DNA of 36,072 nucleotides from Eubacteriales bacterium (GTDB lineage Bacteria > Bacillota > Clostridia > Oscillospirales > CAG-272), in contig JAZQRW010000183.1 in the NCBI GenBank assembly GCA_045629765.1, positions 1 through 36,072 of the forward strand, written 5' to 3'. A program made the translations under genes and the position numbers. Shown one piece after another: positions 14,908-23,630 of this stretch (the stretch's first letter is position 1; every line of letters begins with the position of its first letter). Below the pieces are notes generated by a model. That model was not told the DNA's origin. It did no database searches and saw only the letters and a list, made by a program, of their open reading frames with translations.

Positions 14908-15900
14908 ATGAAGGAAAAAAATTCAATAGGTGGAAAGGTTATTTACCACAAAATAGGAGCAGGCGTATCCACTCTTGCAATATGTCTTAGCCTAAGCGGT
15001 ATACATACAAACAGAAATGTGTTAAGCTTAAGCTCCGATAATAATGGCGTTGTGTCAAACACCGATACGTCAGCGCTGAGTATGCCCGGTGTAACGCTCA
15101 GTAACGATAAGGTTCATTACAATCTACCGGGTATACCGACAAGATACCTATGGAAATACGACTCAACACCAATAAGCATCAACGGCACAAGCAGTTCAAT
15201 AAAAGCTATAAGTGTAAACGGTATTACATATCTGCCGCTAAAGGAGTTTTGTGAGAAAACAGCTACTACAAGCTACAACTATAATCCCAACACAAAAACC
15301 GCGGTAGTTAAAATGCAGGGACTTGAAATCCAGATAACTGACGGTGGTTACGTCATGTATGCAAATGGGCGCACGCTCTTTAGCTTTTCACCTGCAATTC
15401 TAATGTCGAACGGTCAAATGTACGTAACCGGTGAGGCATTATGTCGCGCGCTCGGACTGAAAATGTCAAAGACTGACAGAAATATCAACGTCGTCGGCAA
15501 ATACACGCCTTTAAAAAATGCCACTTCATATTACCGCGAGGACGAGGTGTATTGGCTCTCGAAAATTATCAATGCTGAGGCAAACGGCGAGAGTCTGCTC
15601 GGACAGATTGCGGTTGGCGACGTAATACTCAACCGTGTTAAATCAAATCAGTATCCCAATACTATTTACAGCGTGATTTTCGACAGAAAATACGGAGTTC
15701 AGTTCAGTCCCATTTTAGACGGCAGAATATACGAAGAGCCGTCATACACATCAATTCTCGCGGCGAAAATCTGTCTTGAGGGTACGTCGCTTACAGACAA
15801 TGCTATGTTTTTCTTAAACCCGGTGACAGCACAGTCAAATTGGATTGTAAACAATCGCACGTACGCTTATACCATCGGCAATCACGACTTTTATATCTAA
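14908..15900 (+). CDS. Cell-wall hydrolase of the SleB/CwlJ family, with an N-terminal membrane or signal segment and a copper-amine-oxidase-N-like (stalk) domain
   Basis: The C-terminal region EVYWLSKIINAEANGESLLGQIAVGDVILNRVKSNQYPNTIYSVIF...QFSP resembles the Hydrolase_2 (SleB) domain. The central region IKAISVNGITYLPLKEFCE...MSNGQMYVTGEALCRALGL is a stalk-like domain. There is a hydrophobic N-terminus and an AGGAGG RBS. Confidence 0.75.
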   Translation: MKEKNSIGGKVIYHKIGAGVSTLAICLSLSGIHTNRNVLSLSSDNNGVVSNTDTSALSMPGVTLSNDKVHYNLPGIPTRYLWKYDSTPISINGTSSSIKAISVNGITYLPLKEFCEKTATTSYNYNPNTKTAVVKMQGLEIQITDGGYVMYANGRTLFSFSPAILMSNGQMYVTGEALCRALGLKMSKTDRNINVVGKYTPLKNATSYYREDEVYWLSKIINAEANGESLLGQIAVGDVILNRVKSNQYPNTIYSVIFDRKYGVQFSPILDGRIYEEPSYTSILAAKICLEGTSLTDNAMFFLNPVTAQSNWIVNNRTYAYTIGNHDFYI

Positions 15901-15929
15901 AGAAGGGCAAAATATTCTTTAAAAAGGTA

Positions 15930-15958
15930 TTGCAAATTTTGGCGTTTTGTTGTATACT
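15930..15958 (+). promoter_or_regulatory. Candidate sigma-A promoter (TTGCAA-17-TATACT)
   Basis: -35 at 15930-15935 and -10 at 15953-15958, about 45 nt upstream of ATG 16006. Confidence 0.5.
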
Positions 15959-16005
15959 AATCTTAGTGTTAAATATGAATATTTATTTTTATACACGGAG
16001 GAAAT

Positions 16006-16557
16006 ATGGTATACAGAATTAACGTCGCAGGCTTGGAAAGAGATTTACCACTCTGCCCAATTGGTGAAAATCTATATATTGGTGCATTCGTGCTTTTCGG
16101 TGACGTAGTGCTTACTGAAAAATGTGCTGAGGAGCTGTGTAAAATAGCACCCGAGCATGATTGCTTACTTACTGCTGAATCAAAGGGCATTCCACTCATT
16201 CACGCAATGAGTCGTATCACAGGCGAGAACAGATACGTTCTGGCAAGAAAGTCCGTAAAGCTCTACATGAAGGACGTAGTAAAATGCGAAACTCAGTCTA
16301 TAACAACCGCAGCGCGTCAGACCTTATATCTTGACGGTGACGACGCAGCCTTTCTTCGTGGCAAGAGAGTACTTATAGTTGATGACGTAATCAGCACCGG
16401 CGGATCGCTTCTCTCAATGGAGAATCTCGTTGAGCAGGCAGGGGGCACAGTTGTCGGTAAGATGGCAATTCTTGCCGAAGGAGATGCTATCAAACGTGAC
16501 GATATTATTTATCTTCAGAAATTACCTCTCTTTGACGGTAACGGAAACGCGCTTTAA
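16006..16557 (+). CDS. Phosphoribosyltransferase-family protein (purine/adenine PRTase-like)
   Basis: PRPP-binding motif VLIVDDVISTGGSLLSM. The size (183 aa) is typical of type I PRTases. GGAGG RBS. Confidence 0.7.
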   Translation: MVYRINVAGLERDLPLCPIGENLYIGAFVLFGDVVLTEKCAEELCKIAPEHDCLLTAESKGIPLIHAMSRITGENRYVLARKSVKLYMKDVVKCETQSITTAARQTLYLDGDDAAFLRGKRVLIVDDVISTGGSLLSMENLVEQAGGTVVGKMAILAEGDAIKRDDIIYLQKLPLFDGNGNAL

Positions 16558-16629
16558 TCTACTATAATATAAATTATAGGATAAATACGCATGGCAACGC
16601 GTTGCAACCAAAAAATCCAATAAAATTTA

Positions 16630-16674
16630 AAATCGAGGAATAAAGCAGAAAAAGTGTTGCTCCTCGATTTTTTA
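16630..16674 (+). terminator. Putative rho-independent terminator
   Basis: ATCGAGGA (16632-16639) pairs with TCCTCGAT (16661-16668) and is followed by TTTTTT. The loop is large. Confidence 0.5.
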
Positions 16675-16782
16675 GTATTTTAAAGAGGCACTGCGCTTTT
16701 TTAGCACAATGCCTCAGTTATCTTATTTATTAAACTAACATGTCAAACACTCACAAAAAGCAAGCGTAATGCCTTATGCGCA

Positions 16783-19700
16783 TCAGCGCACTTCGCAGAT
16801 ATGAGTATCTAAAGCATTAAACTTAACAGTGAAGCGCATCTGTTGAAGCAGTTCAAATCTATACTCAATTCCTGCCTTATTAAGAATTGGAACAGATTTA
16901 GCAGGCGCGTTGTCAAGTGAGCCGCTCGTACCATTGGAATTAGGTAAATCTTGTGTATCATACTGTGGAATTAAGCATTTATAGTTACAGTCAGCCGTAA
17001 TCTTTCCTATAAATTCCTTCGCTCCATCAGCAGTCTCATACATCCATTTGCCTGTGAATGTATAGAGCTTGCCCTCATATTCCTTGCTCGCTACAATCTT
17101 GTCAGTATCGTATTCAAACAATGAACCGTTAGCAAATTGCAATGTCTCGTAACCGCTGGCACCGTTACTCTCTAAGAAAGCAAACTTATCGTACACAACG
17201 TAAACCGTGCTTACTTCTTTACTATTTGCTTTCGTAAAGGTGTAGAGTCCGTCGCCGTTTTCTTCAGCGGTATGAGTACTTGAGATATGTTTGAGTTCAC
17301 CTTGCATCACGTAAATCTTAATATCGTGCTCAATCTTCATTACCTTCGTATACTCACCGTATATAGAAAGGTTCTTAGACTTATTATCCATTGCGTACTG
17401 AACAGCATCATCAACGTTAGAGAACGCCTTGCCGTCTACACTTGCAACGATAGCCTTTTCCCCTTCAGCCGCCTTACCAACATGATTCTTATCCCAAGAT
17501 GTAAGTGAACTCTTACTTGCAACAGCACTTGTAAGAGCCGTCTCCGAAGCATCGAAGGAACGAAGAGAAAGATTAGCAAAGTTCATATTTGCATCTTCGT
17601 AAAGAGTTCTGCCACTTGGGGTGTTAAGTCTTAGTGCAAAAACCTTAATACCTACAACCGAACTCATATCTGATAAAAGAGTGTTAGCAAAATCAGTAGT
17701 GCCCTTATGCTCACCGTTTATATATATGTGACGGGTATTATTCTTAACATCGCAGACAATAGTAAGATGGAACCAACCCTTGTAATCCGCATCTACATAA
17801 TTAGCTACTGAAAAACCACCGGTGCTAGCGTATTCGCCCGCTTTGCCCTGACGATTGCCATTGGCATCTACCCACGCAGGTGTGCAGATAATATTAAATC
17901 CTCTAAAGAACTGACCTTCGGTCGAGAGGTCAACGTCGAATACGTAATACTCCTCGTTAGCAGTGGCAAGTATCTCTTTAACCGTTCCTGCGCTTGCATC
18001 AACACTGTAAGTAAGTCCCGAAGAAATGTTTACATAAGTGTCAGTATCGGTCTTATTACTATTGGCTAAATAATTCGGATTTACAGTCAATCTGTAGTAC
18101 TTAGAGCCGTCATAAGCATTCCTTACAGAGCTTATGTCCGTGTAATAAACATCGTTTTTCCGGTTAAATTGAACGCTGGAAATCCATTCATTATCTTCAG
18201 TTGCAGCATATTCAAGTGGGAAGGTAAATACACCCTTACCTGTTCCGGATGACGGATATGACTCCATAGTCAAGGTGTCATTCAAGTTAAGTGCTGTCTT
18301 CGAAATAATCTTAGTACCGACCTCTACGTACTCAACGCCATCTTCAAATATGAAGCTATCAATTCCAACAAAACCGTTAGTCTCAATAATAGCATTTACT
18401 GACACCTTGATTGTACCGGTAAAGCTGTGCTTGACATTTACGTACTGCTGATAAACCAAAGCGTTTTTGTTAAGTATTTCGGTTGCGGTGCCTGCAGTGG
18501 TTGCCTCAACACCGTCAATAGTCGCAACGTTCGGGAGTGTGAGCTTGCTATAGCCCTCTTTATTGAATTGGTTGTATGCATCAAGGAGATTACCGTCTGC
18601 GTCAAAGACGTTTTCGTTAGTTACGACAGAGTAGATATTGTCAATACCTATATGTCCACCGGTTGGGAACAATCTTAGTGCCTCAAAGTACATTCCCGAA
18701 TCAGCAATCGTAATAGTAGTGTTAACAATCTTAATGCCGTTACGGTATATACGATAATAATATTCGGTACCGCTCTTTAAACCGTAGGCAATTGTAATCT
18801 GTGCTACCTCACCTGTAGAAACACCTTTTAGCAAGGTAGATAAATTAGTCGTACCATAGCCGTTAGGGCCTGAGTTTCTGAACAAGAGATAGTAGTTGCC
18901 CTTTACGTTTTCAGAGAAGGACACCAAGTCAAAGGAGAATACGCCAGAGCTGCACTTAGAAAGATTGTAATTAGCCTTGTTGGCGCCCGTAGCAATATCA
19001 ATCTGGTTTATTGAAGTAGTAAGATAGTTAAACTCAACGCACTTACTGCCGTTATCAAAGTTTGAAAGAACGAAAACGCTGTCGCTTGGATTCATGGATA
19101 CACCTATTGCCATATTTCCATCAACCCCTGATTTTGAAGCAGCAGAATACTCCGATGATGTAGAAGGCTTTTTCGACTGAGCATTTGCAATAGCCGCATT
19201 AGGTACGTCAACAGTAATATATCCATGCTCTGACTCATAATATGCGCTATCTGCGAAGGTAAAGCTACTAGCATCTACATATCCATGCGTATTGATAACA
19301 GCGTCCGCGTTAACCGAAATGGTTCCCGAAAACTTTCTCAAAATATCAACCTGGTAAGGAGTATCTGCGCTAATGCCAAGAGCTGAGCTAACATCGCTAA
19401 TAGCATTATATATCACACCGTCTATGCTGGCAACAGGAGGAAGCGTCGTACCCTTATCCTTGTAATGATCCTTGAAGGATGCGATATTCATATTTTCAAC
19501 TACCGCATCAAGTCCTGCTTCAGTACCGTCATCACCATCGTAGAAACGAGTGGCAACGTTGTCAATGTAAAGGTTCATACCCTTATTTCCCTTTACGTTA
19601 CCCGTAGCCAATCTCATGCCCTCAAGACGAATCATATCGTACTCTGCAGTCGCATCGGGGAAGCTGGAAATAAACACCTGCGATGTTGCAAGCTTTCCGT

Positions 19701-20397
19701 TGATAAACAGATACACCTTGTTGTTCTTAAGATCGCCTATAAAGGTGAAGTGTGCCCACTTTGCTCCGTCCATATAGCTGGCGTATTCAGAAAGTGAAAA
19801 ATGCTTCATAGAGGCCAGAGAGTATGAGCCCTCTTTGCCTGCTCTGACGATCGGAGAAAACGACATACCGGGAATAAGATACTCGGTGGCCAACTCGAAG
19901 TCATATACAAAATATCCGCTTGCGCCGCTCATGCTGGCGTTTACATTACCAACAACGCGAGCAATAGCATATTCGGCGTACGCCTCGGAGCTAATACCAA
20001 AGTATACGTTGCCGGGGATCTTATCGTCATTAGCCTCAAGACCTGCAATACTTGGATTAATACGCATAAATTCATCACTGCCGTACTTAATGTCGTACAC
20101 CTCAAGCACGCCGTAACCACCCTTTTCATTACCGTTTAAGGTAAAAGCGGTAGTCACACCGTTAAGAGAGTTCAATACGATTGCATCCACGGAATCCGAA
20201 GCATAAATAGGTCTTCCAACTCCGTTAAACTTACCGGTCTTAGAAGTCACGAGTGTTTCAATCATCGCATTAGATTGAGTCTGCGCATCATCACCCTGTG
20301 CACCGCTCGTACCGTCTGCAGCACTTACAAAAATCGTCATAGAAGACAGCAGAAGTGACAGCGTAAGCAAAAGCGCTATAATCTTTCTTTTTCTCAT
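16783..20397 (-). CDS. Secreted 1204-aa protein of unknown function: Sec signal peptide plus three copies of a LamG/concanavalin-A-like module followed by an about 80-aa VA.IDG module
   Basis: MRKRKIIALLLTLSLLLSSMTIFVSA|ADG is a signal peptide. LamG-like strings are WAHFTFIGDLKNNKVYLFINGK...NLYIDNV, VAQITIAYGL...YYYRIYRNGIKI...HIGIDNIYS and GWFHLTIVCDVKNNTRHIYINGEHKG...MNFANLSLRSF. The repeated module is PPVASIDGVIYNAISDVSSAL / LPNVATIDGVEATTAGTATEIL / AIVASVDGKAFSNVDDAVQYA. AAGGAG RBS. I saw no anchor motif. Confidence 0.85.
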   Translation of the reverse strand: MRKRKIIALLLTLSLLLSSMTIFVSAADGTSGAQGDDAQTQSNAMIETLVTSKTGKFNGVGRPIYASDSVDAIVLNSLNGVTTAFTLNGNEKGGYGVLEVYDIKYGSDEFMRINPSIAGLEANDDKIPGNVYFGISSEAYAEYAIARVVGNVNASMSGASGYFVYDFELATEYLIPGMSFSPIVRAGKEGSYSLASMKHFSLSEYASYMDGAKWAHFTFIGDLKNNKVYLFINGKLATSQVFISSFPDATAEYDMIRLEGMRLATGNVKGNKGMNLYIDNVATRFYDGDDGTEAGLDAVVENMNIASFKDHYKDKGTTLPPVASIDGVIYNAISDVSSALGISADTPYQVDILRKFSGTISVNADAVINTHGYVDASSFTFADSAYYESEHGYITVDVPNAAIANAQSKKPSTSSEYSAASKSGVDGNMAIGVSMNPSDSVFVLSNFDNGSKCVEFNYLTTSINQIDIATGANKANYNLSKCSSGVFSFDLVSFSENVKGNYYLLFRNSGPNGYGTTNLSTLLKGVSTGEVAQITIAYGLKSGTEYYYRIYRNGIKIVNTTITIADSGMYFEALRLFPTGGHIGIDNIYSVVTNENVFDADGNLLDAYNQFNKEGYSKLTLPNVATIDGVEATTAGTATEILNKNALVYQQYVNVKHSFTGTIKVSVNAIIETNGFVGIDSFIFEDGVEYVEVGTKIISKTALNLNDTLTMESYPSSGTGKGVFTFPLEYAATEDNEWISSVQFNRKNDVYYTDISSVRNAYDGSKYYRLTVNPNYLANSNKTDTDTYVNISSGLTYSVDASAGTVKEILATANEEYYVFDVDLSTEGQFFRGFNIICTPAWVDANGNRQGKAGEYASTGGFSVANYVDADYKGWFHLTIVCDVKNNTRHIYINGEHKGTTDFANTLLSDMSSVVGIKVFALRLNTPSGRTLYEDANMNFANLSLRSFDASETALTSAVASKSSLTSWDKNHVGKAAEGEKAIVASVDGKAFSNVDDAVQYAMDNKSKNLSIYGEYTKVMKIEHDIKIYVMQGELKHISSTHTAEENGDGLYTFTKANSKEVSTVYVVYDKFAFLESNGASGYETLQFANGSLFEYDTDKIVASKEYEGKLYTFTGKWMYETADGAKEFIGKITADCNYKCLIPQYDTQDLPNSNGTSGSLDNAPAKSVPILNKAGIEYRFELLQQMRFTVKFNALDTHICEVR

Positions 20398-20533
20398 TTT
20401 TATCTCCTTAAAAATTACAAATATATTTTTATATTTTATTTTAACACTTTTTTTATGGCATTGTCAAGCGAACGATTTAACAATTTTTAAGCGCAAATAT
20501 TGGTAAGTATGTTCAAAAAACGTGATGTTATTT

Positions 20534-20572
20534 AAAAAAGAAAAGGCAAACGCGAGGATTTACGCGCTTGCC
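20534..20572 (-). terminator. Rho-independent terminator after nif3
   Basis: Minus-strand GGCAAGCGCG-TAAATCCT-CGCGTTTGCC is followed by TTTTCTTTTTT. Confidence 0.65.
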
Positions 20573-20581
20573 AAAAGAATA

Positions 20582-21343
20582 TTATATTAGTTTTATGTTG
20601 TTTGAGTCGATTACCTCTACGTACATATCGGGGTCAATGCGCATCAGAATATTCTGGAAGAAATATGTCACCGGATGCTCGGTAAAGAAATGTCCTGCCT
20701 CAAGCAAGTTAACACCCATTTCATTTGCTTCAACCATGATGTTATATCCTATCCTACCCGATACGAACGTATCTGCGCCAAGCGCTATCGCATCTTCAAG
20801 CAGGCTCTTGCCATCTCCGCCAACCAGCGCTACGCGCTGAACGGGAATACAGGCTTCGGCAACCTTGACGCCGTCGCAATCAAGCAAGCCCTTGAGCAAG
20901 TACGAAAAATCCTCGAGAGTAAGCTCTTCCGGAAGAGTTCCTATTCTGCCAATTTCGCCCTCACCAAAGGGTACTGCGTCACGAATCTTCAGCATATCGC
21001 AAAGTATATCGTTAACTCCGCCCTCTACCTTATCAGCTCTGGTGTGAAGAGAAATAACCGCGATGTCGTGCTTAATGAGCTTGATAACCTTGCGCGAAAC
21101 GTGCGAATTCTCAGTTATTGATTTTAGCGGATGGAAAATAAGCGGGTGGTGTGAAACGATAAGATTAAATTCATTAGCAACCGCGTAATCGACAATCTCC
21201 TCTGTAACGTCAAGCGTAATCAATGCACGCTTTACCTCTATCGAGTCATCTGACGAGCACATAAGTCCGTCGTTATCCCACGCCTCCGCAAGTGACTCGG
21301 GTATCCTCTCGCAAATTCTTGCGTATATTTCATTTACAGTCAT
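20582..21343 (-). CDS. Nif3-like dinuclear metal centre protein (YqfO family)
   Basis: Motifs AWDNDGL, LIVSHHPLIF, ISLHTRAD and EAGHFFTEH. It sits directly downstream of trmK, as in Bacillus yqfN-yqfO. Confidence 0.85.
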   Translation of the reverse strand: MTVNEIYARICERIPESLAEAWDNDGLMCSSDDSIEVKRALITLDVTEEIVDYAVANEFNLIVSHHPLIFHPLKSITENSHVSRKVIKLIKHDIAVISLHTRADKVEGGVNDILCDMLKIRDAVPFGEGEIGRIGTLPEELTLEDFSYLLKGLLDCDGVKVAEACIPVQRVALVGGDGKSLLEDAIALGADTFVSGRIGYNIMVEANEMGVNLLEAGHFFTEHPVTYFFQNILMRIDPDMYVEVIDSNNIKLI

Positions 21344-21347
21344 TCGT

Positions 21348-22019
21348 TCAACTAAGCCTTTCTTCTATAGCCTTTTTAAGTTTAAGCTCATATTCCGCAT
21401 TTTCAGCCCCCTTGCCGTCAATAGCTCTGCAAAGCGCCGAATGCTTCGTCTTAAGATAGCCAAGATAGCTATCATCCTCTACCGTATGATTGAGTCCAAG
21501 CTCGTATTCAACATCGGAAAGCAAGGCGTATTCACCGGTATACCTAGCACGAATGCAAACGTAATATTTGCCCGATGAACAAGAGTAGCGTTCACTGTCA
21601 ATGGTAAATCCGTGCGTATACAAATATTCACGCAGATGCGCTTGCCGCGACATAGGTTGTAAAATAAGGTTTACATTTTCACATTTTAAATGCGGAGCAT
21701 CTTCAATAATCTTCGTTATAAGCTCGCCACCCATGCCGCAAATTGCGTAATCAGTGGCACCCGTGTCAAATAATTCACGCGCACCGTCGGTAAGATAAAA
21801 CGCAACCTTGTCCAAAAAGCCGCTATCCGTAACATTAGCTCTCGCGCTGTCAAGTGGTCCTTCGTTTATATCCGCGCAAATCGCCCTGTCAATAATTCCC
21901 TTAGAAAGTAGAAATATAGGCAGGTATGCATGATCTGTACCGATATCGGCAAACACTGCACCCTGCCTCACAAGGTCTGCCGCAGACAAAAGTCTTTGGT
22001 CTATTGTGAAATTTCTCAT
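21348..22019 (-). CDS. trmK: tRNA (adenine22-N1)-methyltransferase TrmK
   Basis: Motifs DIGTDHAYLPIFL, ICADINEGPL, AICGMGGELI and LILQP. It is paired with nif3. Confidence 0.8.
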   Translation of the reverse strand: MRNFTIDQRLLSAADLVRQGAVFADIGTDHAYLPIFLLSKGIIDRAICADINEGPLDSARANVTDSGFLDKVAFYLTDGARELFDTGATDYAICGMGGELITKIIEDAPHLKCENVNLILQPMSRQAHLREYLYTHGFTIDSERYSCSSGKYYVCIRARYTGEYALLSDVEYELGLNHTVEDDSYLGYLKTKHSALCRAIDGKGAENAEYELKLKKAIEERLS

Positions 22020-22222
22020 TTGTTTTTGTTGGCTAAGAACTCGTTAATCTTATTGACAAGAGCGTCTGCATCAGTGCCGTGAACAAGGCACGCCTCCCAA
22101 ATCGCCTCTCCTCTTGAATGAGGACAGCCAAGGCAGTGCATACCAATTTCAAAGAAGAACTGAGCAGTATCAACGTCGTAATCGAGAATATCGCCAATCA
22201 AGGTATCCTTAGTAACTTCCAT
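22016..22222 (-). CDS. DUF1858-type small redox-disulfide protein (68 aa)
   Basis: TIGDILDYD..TAQFFFEIGMHCLGCPHSRGE.I.EAC..HG.D...L is the typical DUF1858 / hybrid-cluster-associated C-x-x-C domain. There is a 4-nt overlap with trmK and an AAAGG RBS. Confidence 0.7.
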   Translation of the reverse strand: MEVTKDTLIGDILDYDVDTAQFFFEIGMHCLGCPHSRGEAIWEACLVHGTDADALVNKINEFLANKNK

Positions 22223-22449
22223 TTTTTTACCTTTCTAATGTTTAATACACAAATAGTATATCACAATACACCACAAAAATCAATATTATTTTTCGTTTAT
22301 TTCTTAAAGTTTTAAATCTATATAAAAAATGTGCGTTTTCTCTTTACTTTTAGGCAAAAATGTGTTATTATATGGTATACTGAGGAAATATGTGTAAAAT
22401 TCAGTCCGTCTTTTAAAACATGACAGAATTTTCAGAAAGGATACTTATT

Positions 22450-23565
22450 ATGATAGTTGCACTTGATGAGGCAAAAAGAAGGCTTATCGCCTTACAAGAT
22501 GTTCTTGAGGAGCTTGGAAGTCAGTTAAGAATTGAAGAAGCGCGTGAAAGAGCTGCGGAGCTTGAAAGAGAAACGATGGTGCAGGATTTTTGGAACGATG
22601 CCGAAAAATCCTCTAAAAAATTAAGAGAAATAAAGCAATTAAAGGATAAGGTTGAGAGCTACGAGGAGCTAATCTCAAGACTTGAGGACGCATACGCTCT
22701 TTGTGAGATGGCAATAGAGGCTAACGACGAGGACTCGGTCGAGGAGGTTCTTAACGAAACTGAATTTATCGAGACAGAGGCAGAAAGAAAGAGAATTGAG
22801 GTTCTTCTCTCAGGTCCTTACGATAAAAGCAATGCTATTCTCTCATTCCACCCGGGTGCAGGCGGTACAGAGGCTCAAGACTGGGCTTCAATGCTATACA
22901 GACTCTACACTCGTTGGGGCGAGGCTCACGGCTTTAACGTCAAGCTTATAGATTGGCTCGACGGCGACGAAGCAGGTATTAAGTCCGCAACGATTATGAT
23001 TGAGGGTATAAACGCATACGGATACTTGAAGAGTGAGAACGGAGTTCACCGCTTGGTGCGCGTGTCACCATTCGACTCATCAGGACGACGCCACACCTCG
23101 TTTGCCTCAATTGAGGTTATGCCCGAATTCGAGGACGACGGTGAAATCGTGCTTAAGGACGAGGATCTTGAAATTACCGCGCATCGTTCATCCGGTGCGG
23201 GCGGTCAGCACATTAACAAGACCGACTCTGCTATTCGTATCGTGCATAAGCCCACCGGTATCGTAGTAGGCTGTCAGACCGAGCGTTCACAGCTTCAGAA
23301 CAAGGAAACAGCTCTCAAAATGCTTAAGTCCAAGCTTATGGAAATCAAAATTCGCGAGAAGCTTGACAAGATTGAGGACATTCAGGGCAACAAAGCTAAT
23401 ATCGAATGGGGTAGCCAGATTCGCTCCTACGTATTTATGCCATACACTCTTGTAAAGGACACAAGGACAGGCTTTGAGGACGGTAATATTGATAAGGTTA
23501 TGGACGGTGAAATCGACGGCTTTATCAATGCATATCTTAAGCACATTTCAAAGAGCGAGAATTGA
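22450..23565 (+). CDS. prfB: Peptide chain release factor 2, encoded in a single frame (no programmed +1 frameshift)
   Basis: Near-collinear with B. subtilis RF2: DFWND, PYDKSNAILSFHPGAGGTEAQDW, GVHRLVRVSPFDSSGRRHTSF (SPF) and RSSGAGGQHINKTDSA (GGQ). AAAGGA RBS before ATG 22450. The ATG at 22420 has no RBS. Confidence 0.9.
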   Translation: MIVALDEAKRRLIALQDVLEELGSQLRIEEARERAAELERETMVQDFWNDAEKSSKKLREIKQLKDKVESYEELISRLEDAYALCEMAIEANDEDSVEEVLNETEFIETEAERKRIEVLLSGPYDKSNAILSFHPGAGGTEAQDWASMLYRLYTRWGEAHGFNVKLIDWLDGDEAGIKSATIMIEGINAYGYLKSENGVHRLVRVSPFDSSGRRHTSFASIEVMPEFEDDGEIVLKDEDLEITAHRSSGAGGQHINKTDSAIRIVHKPTGIVVGCQTERSQLQNKETALKMLKSKLMEIKIREKLDKIEDIQGNKANIEWGSQIRSYVFMPYTLVKDTRTGFEDGNIDKVMDGEIDGFINAYLKHISKSEN

Positions 23566-23584
23566 TTAACTAATTTAACAGAGA

Positions 23585-23615
23585 AAGCAGGAAGAGCGCT
23601 TCTTCCTGCTTTTTG
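23585..23615 (+). terminator. Rho-independent terminator after prfB (the hairpin may also serve the convergent M16 gene)
   Basis: AGCAGGAAGA-GCGCT-TCTTCCTGCT followed by TTTTTG. Confidence 0.75.
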
Positions 23616-23630
23616 TTGTATTTTTGTCAA

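Noticed and set aside
16594-16605. 12-bp palindrome GCAACGCGTTGC downstream of the phosphoribosyltransferase gene
   Set aside because: It is short and isolated, has no loop or T-run, and does not recur elsewhere in the window. The evidence is insufficient to call it an operator or terminator.
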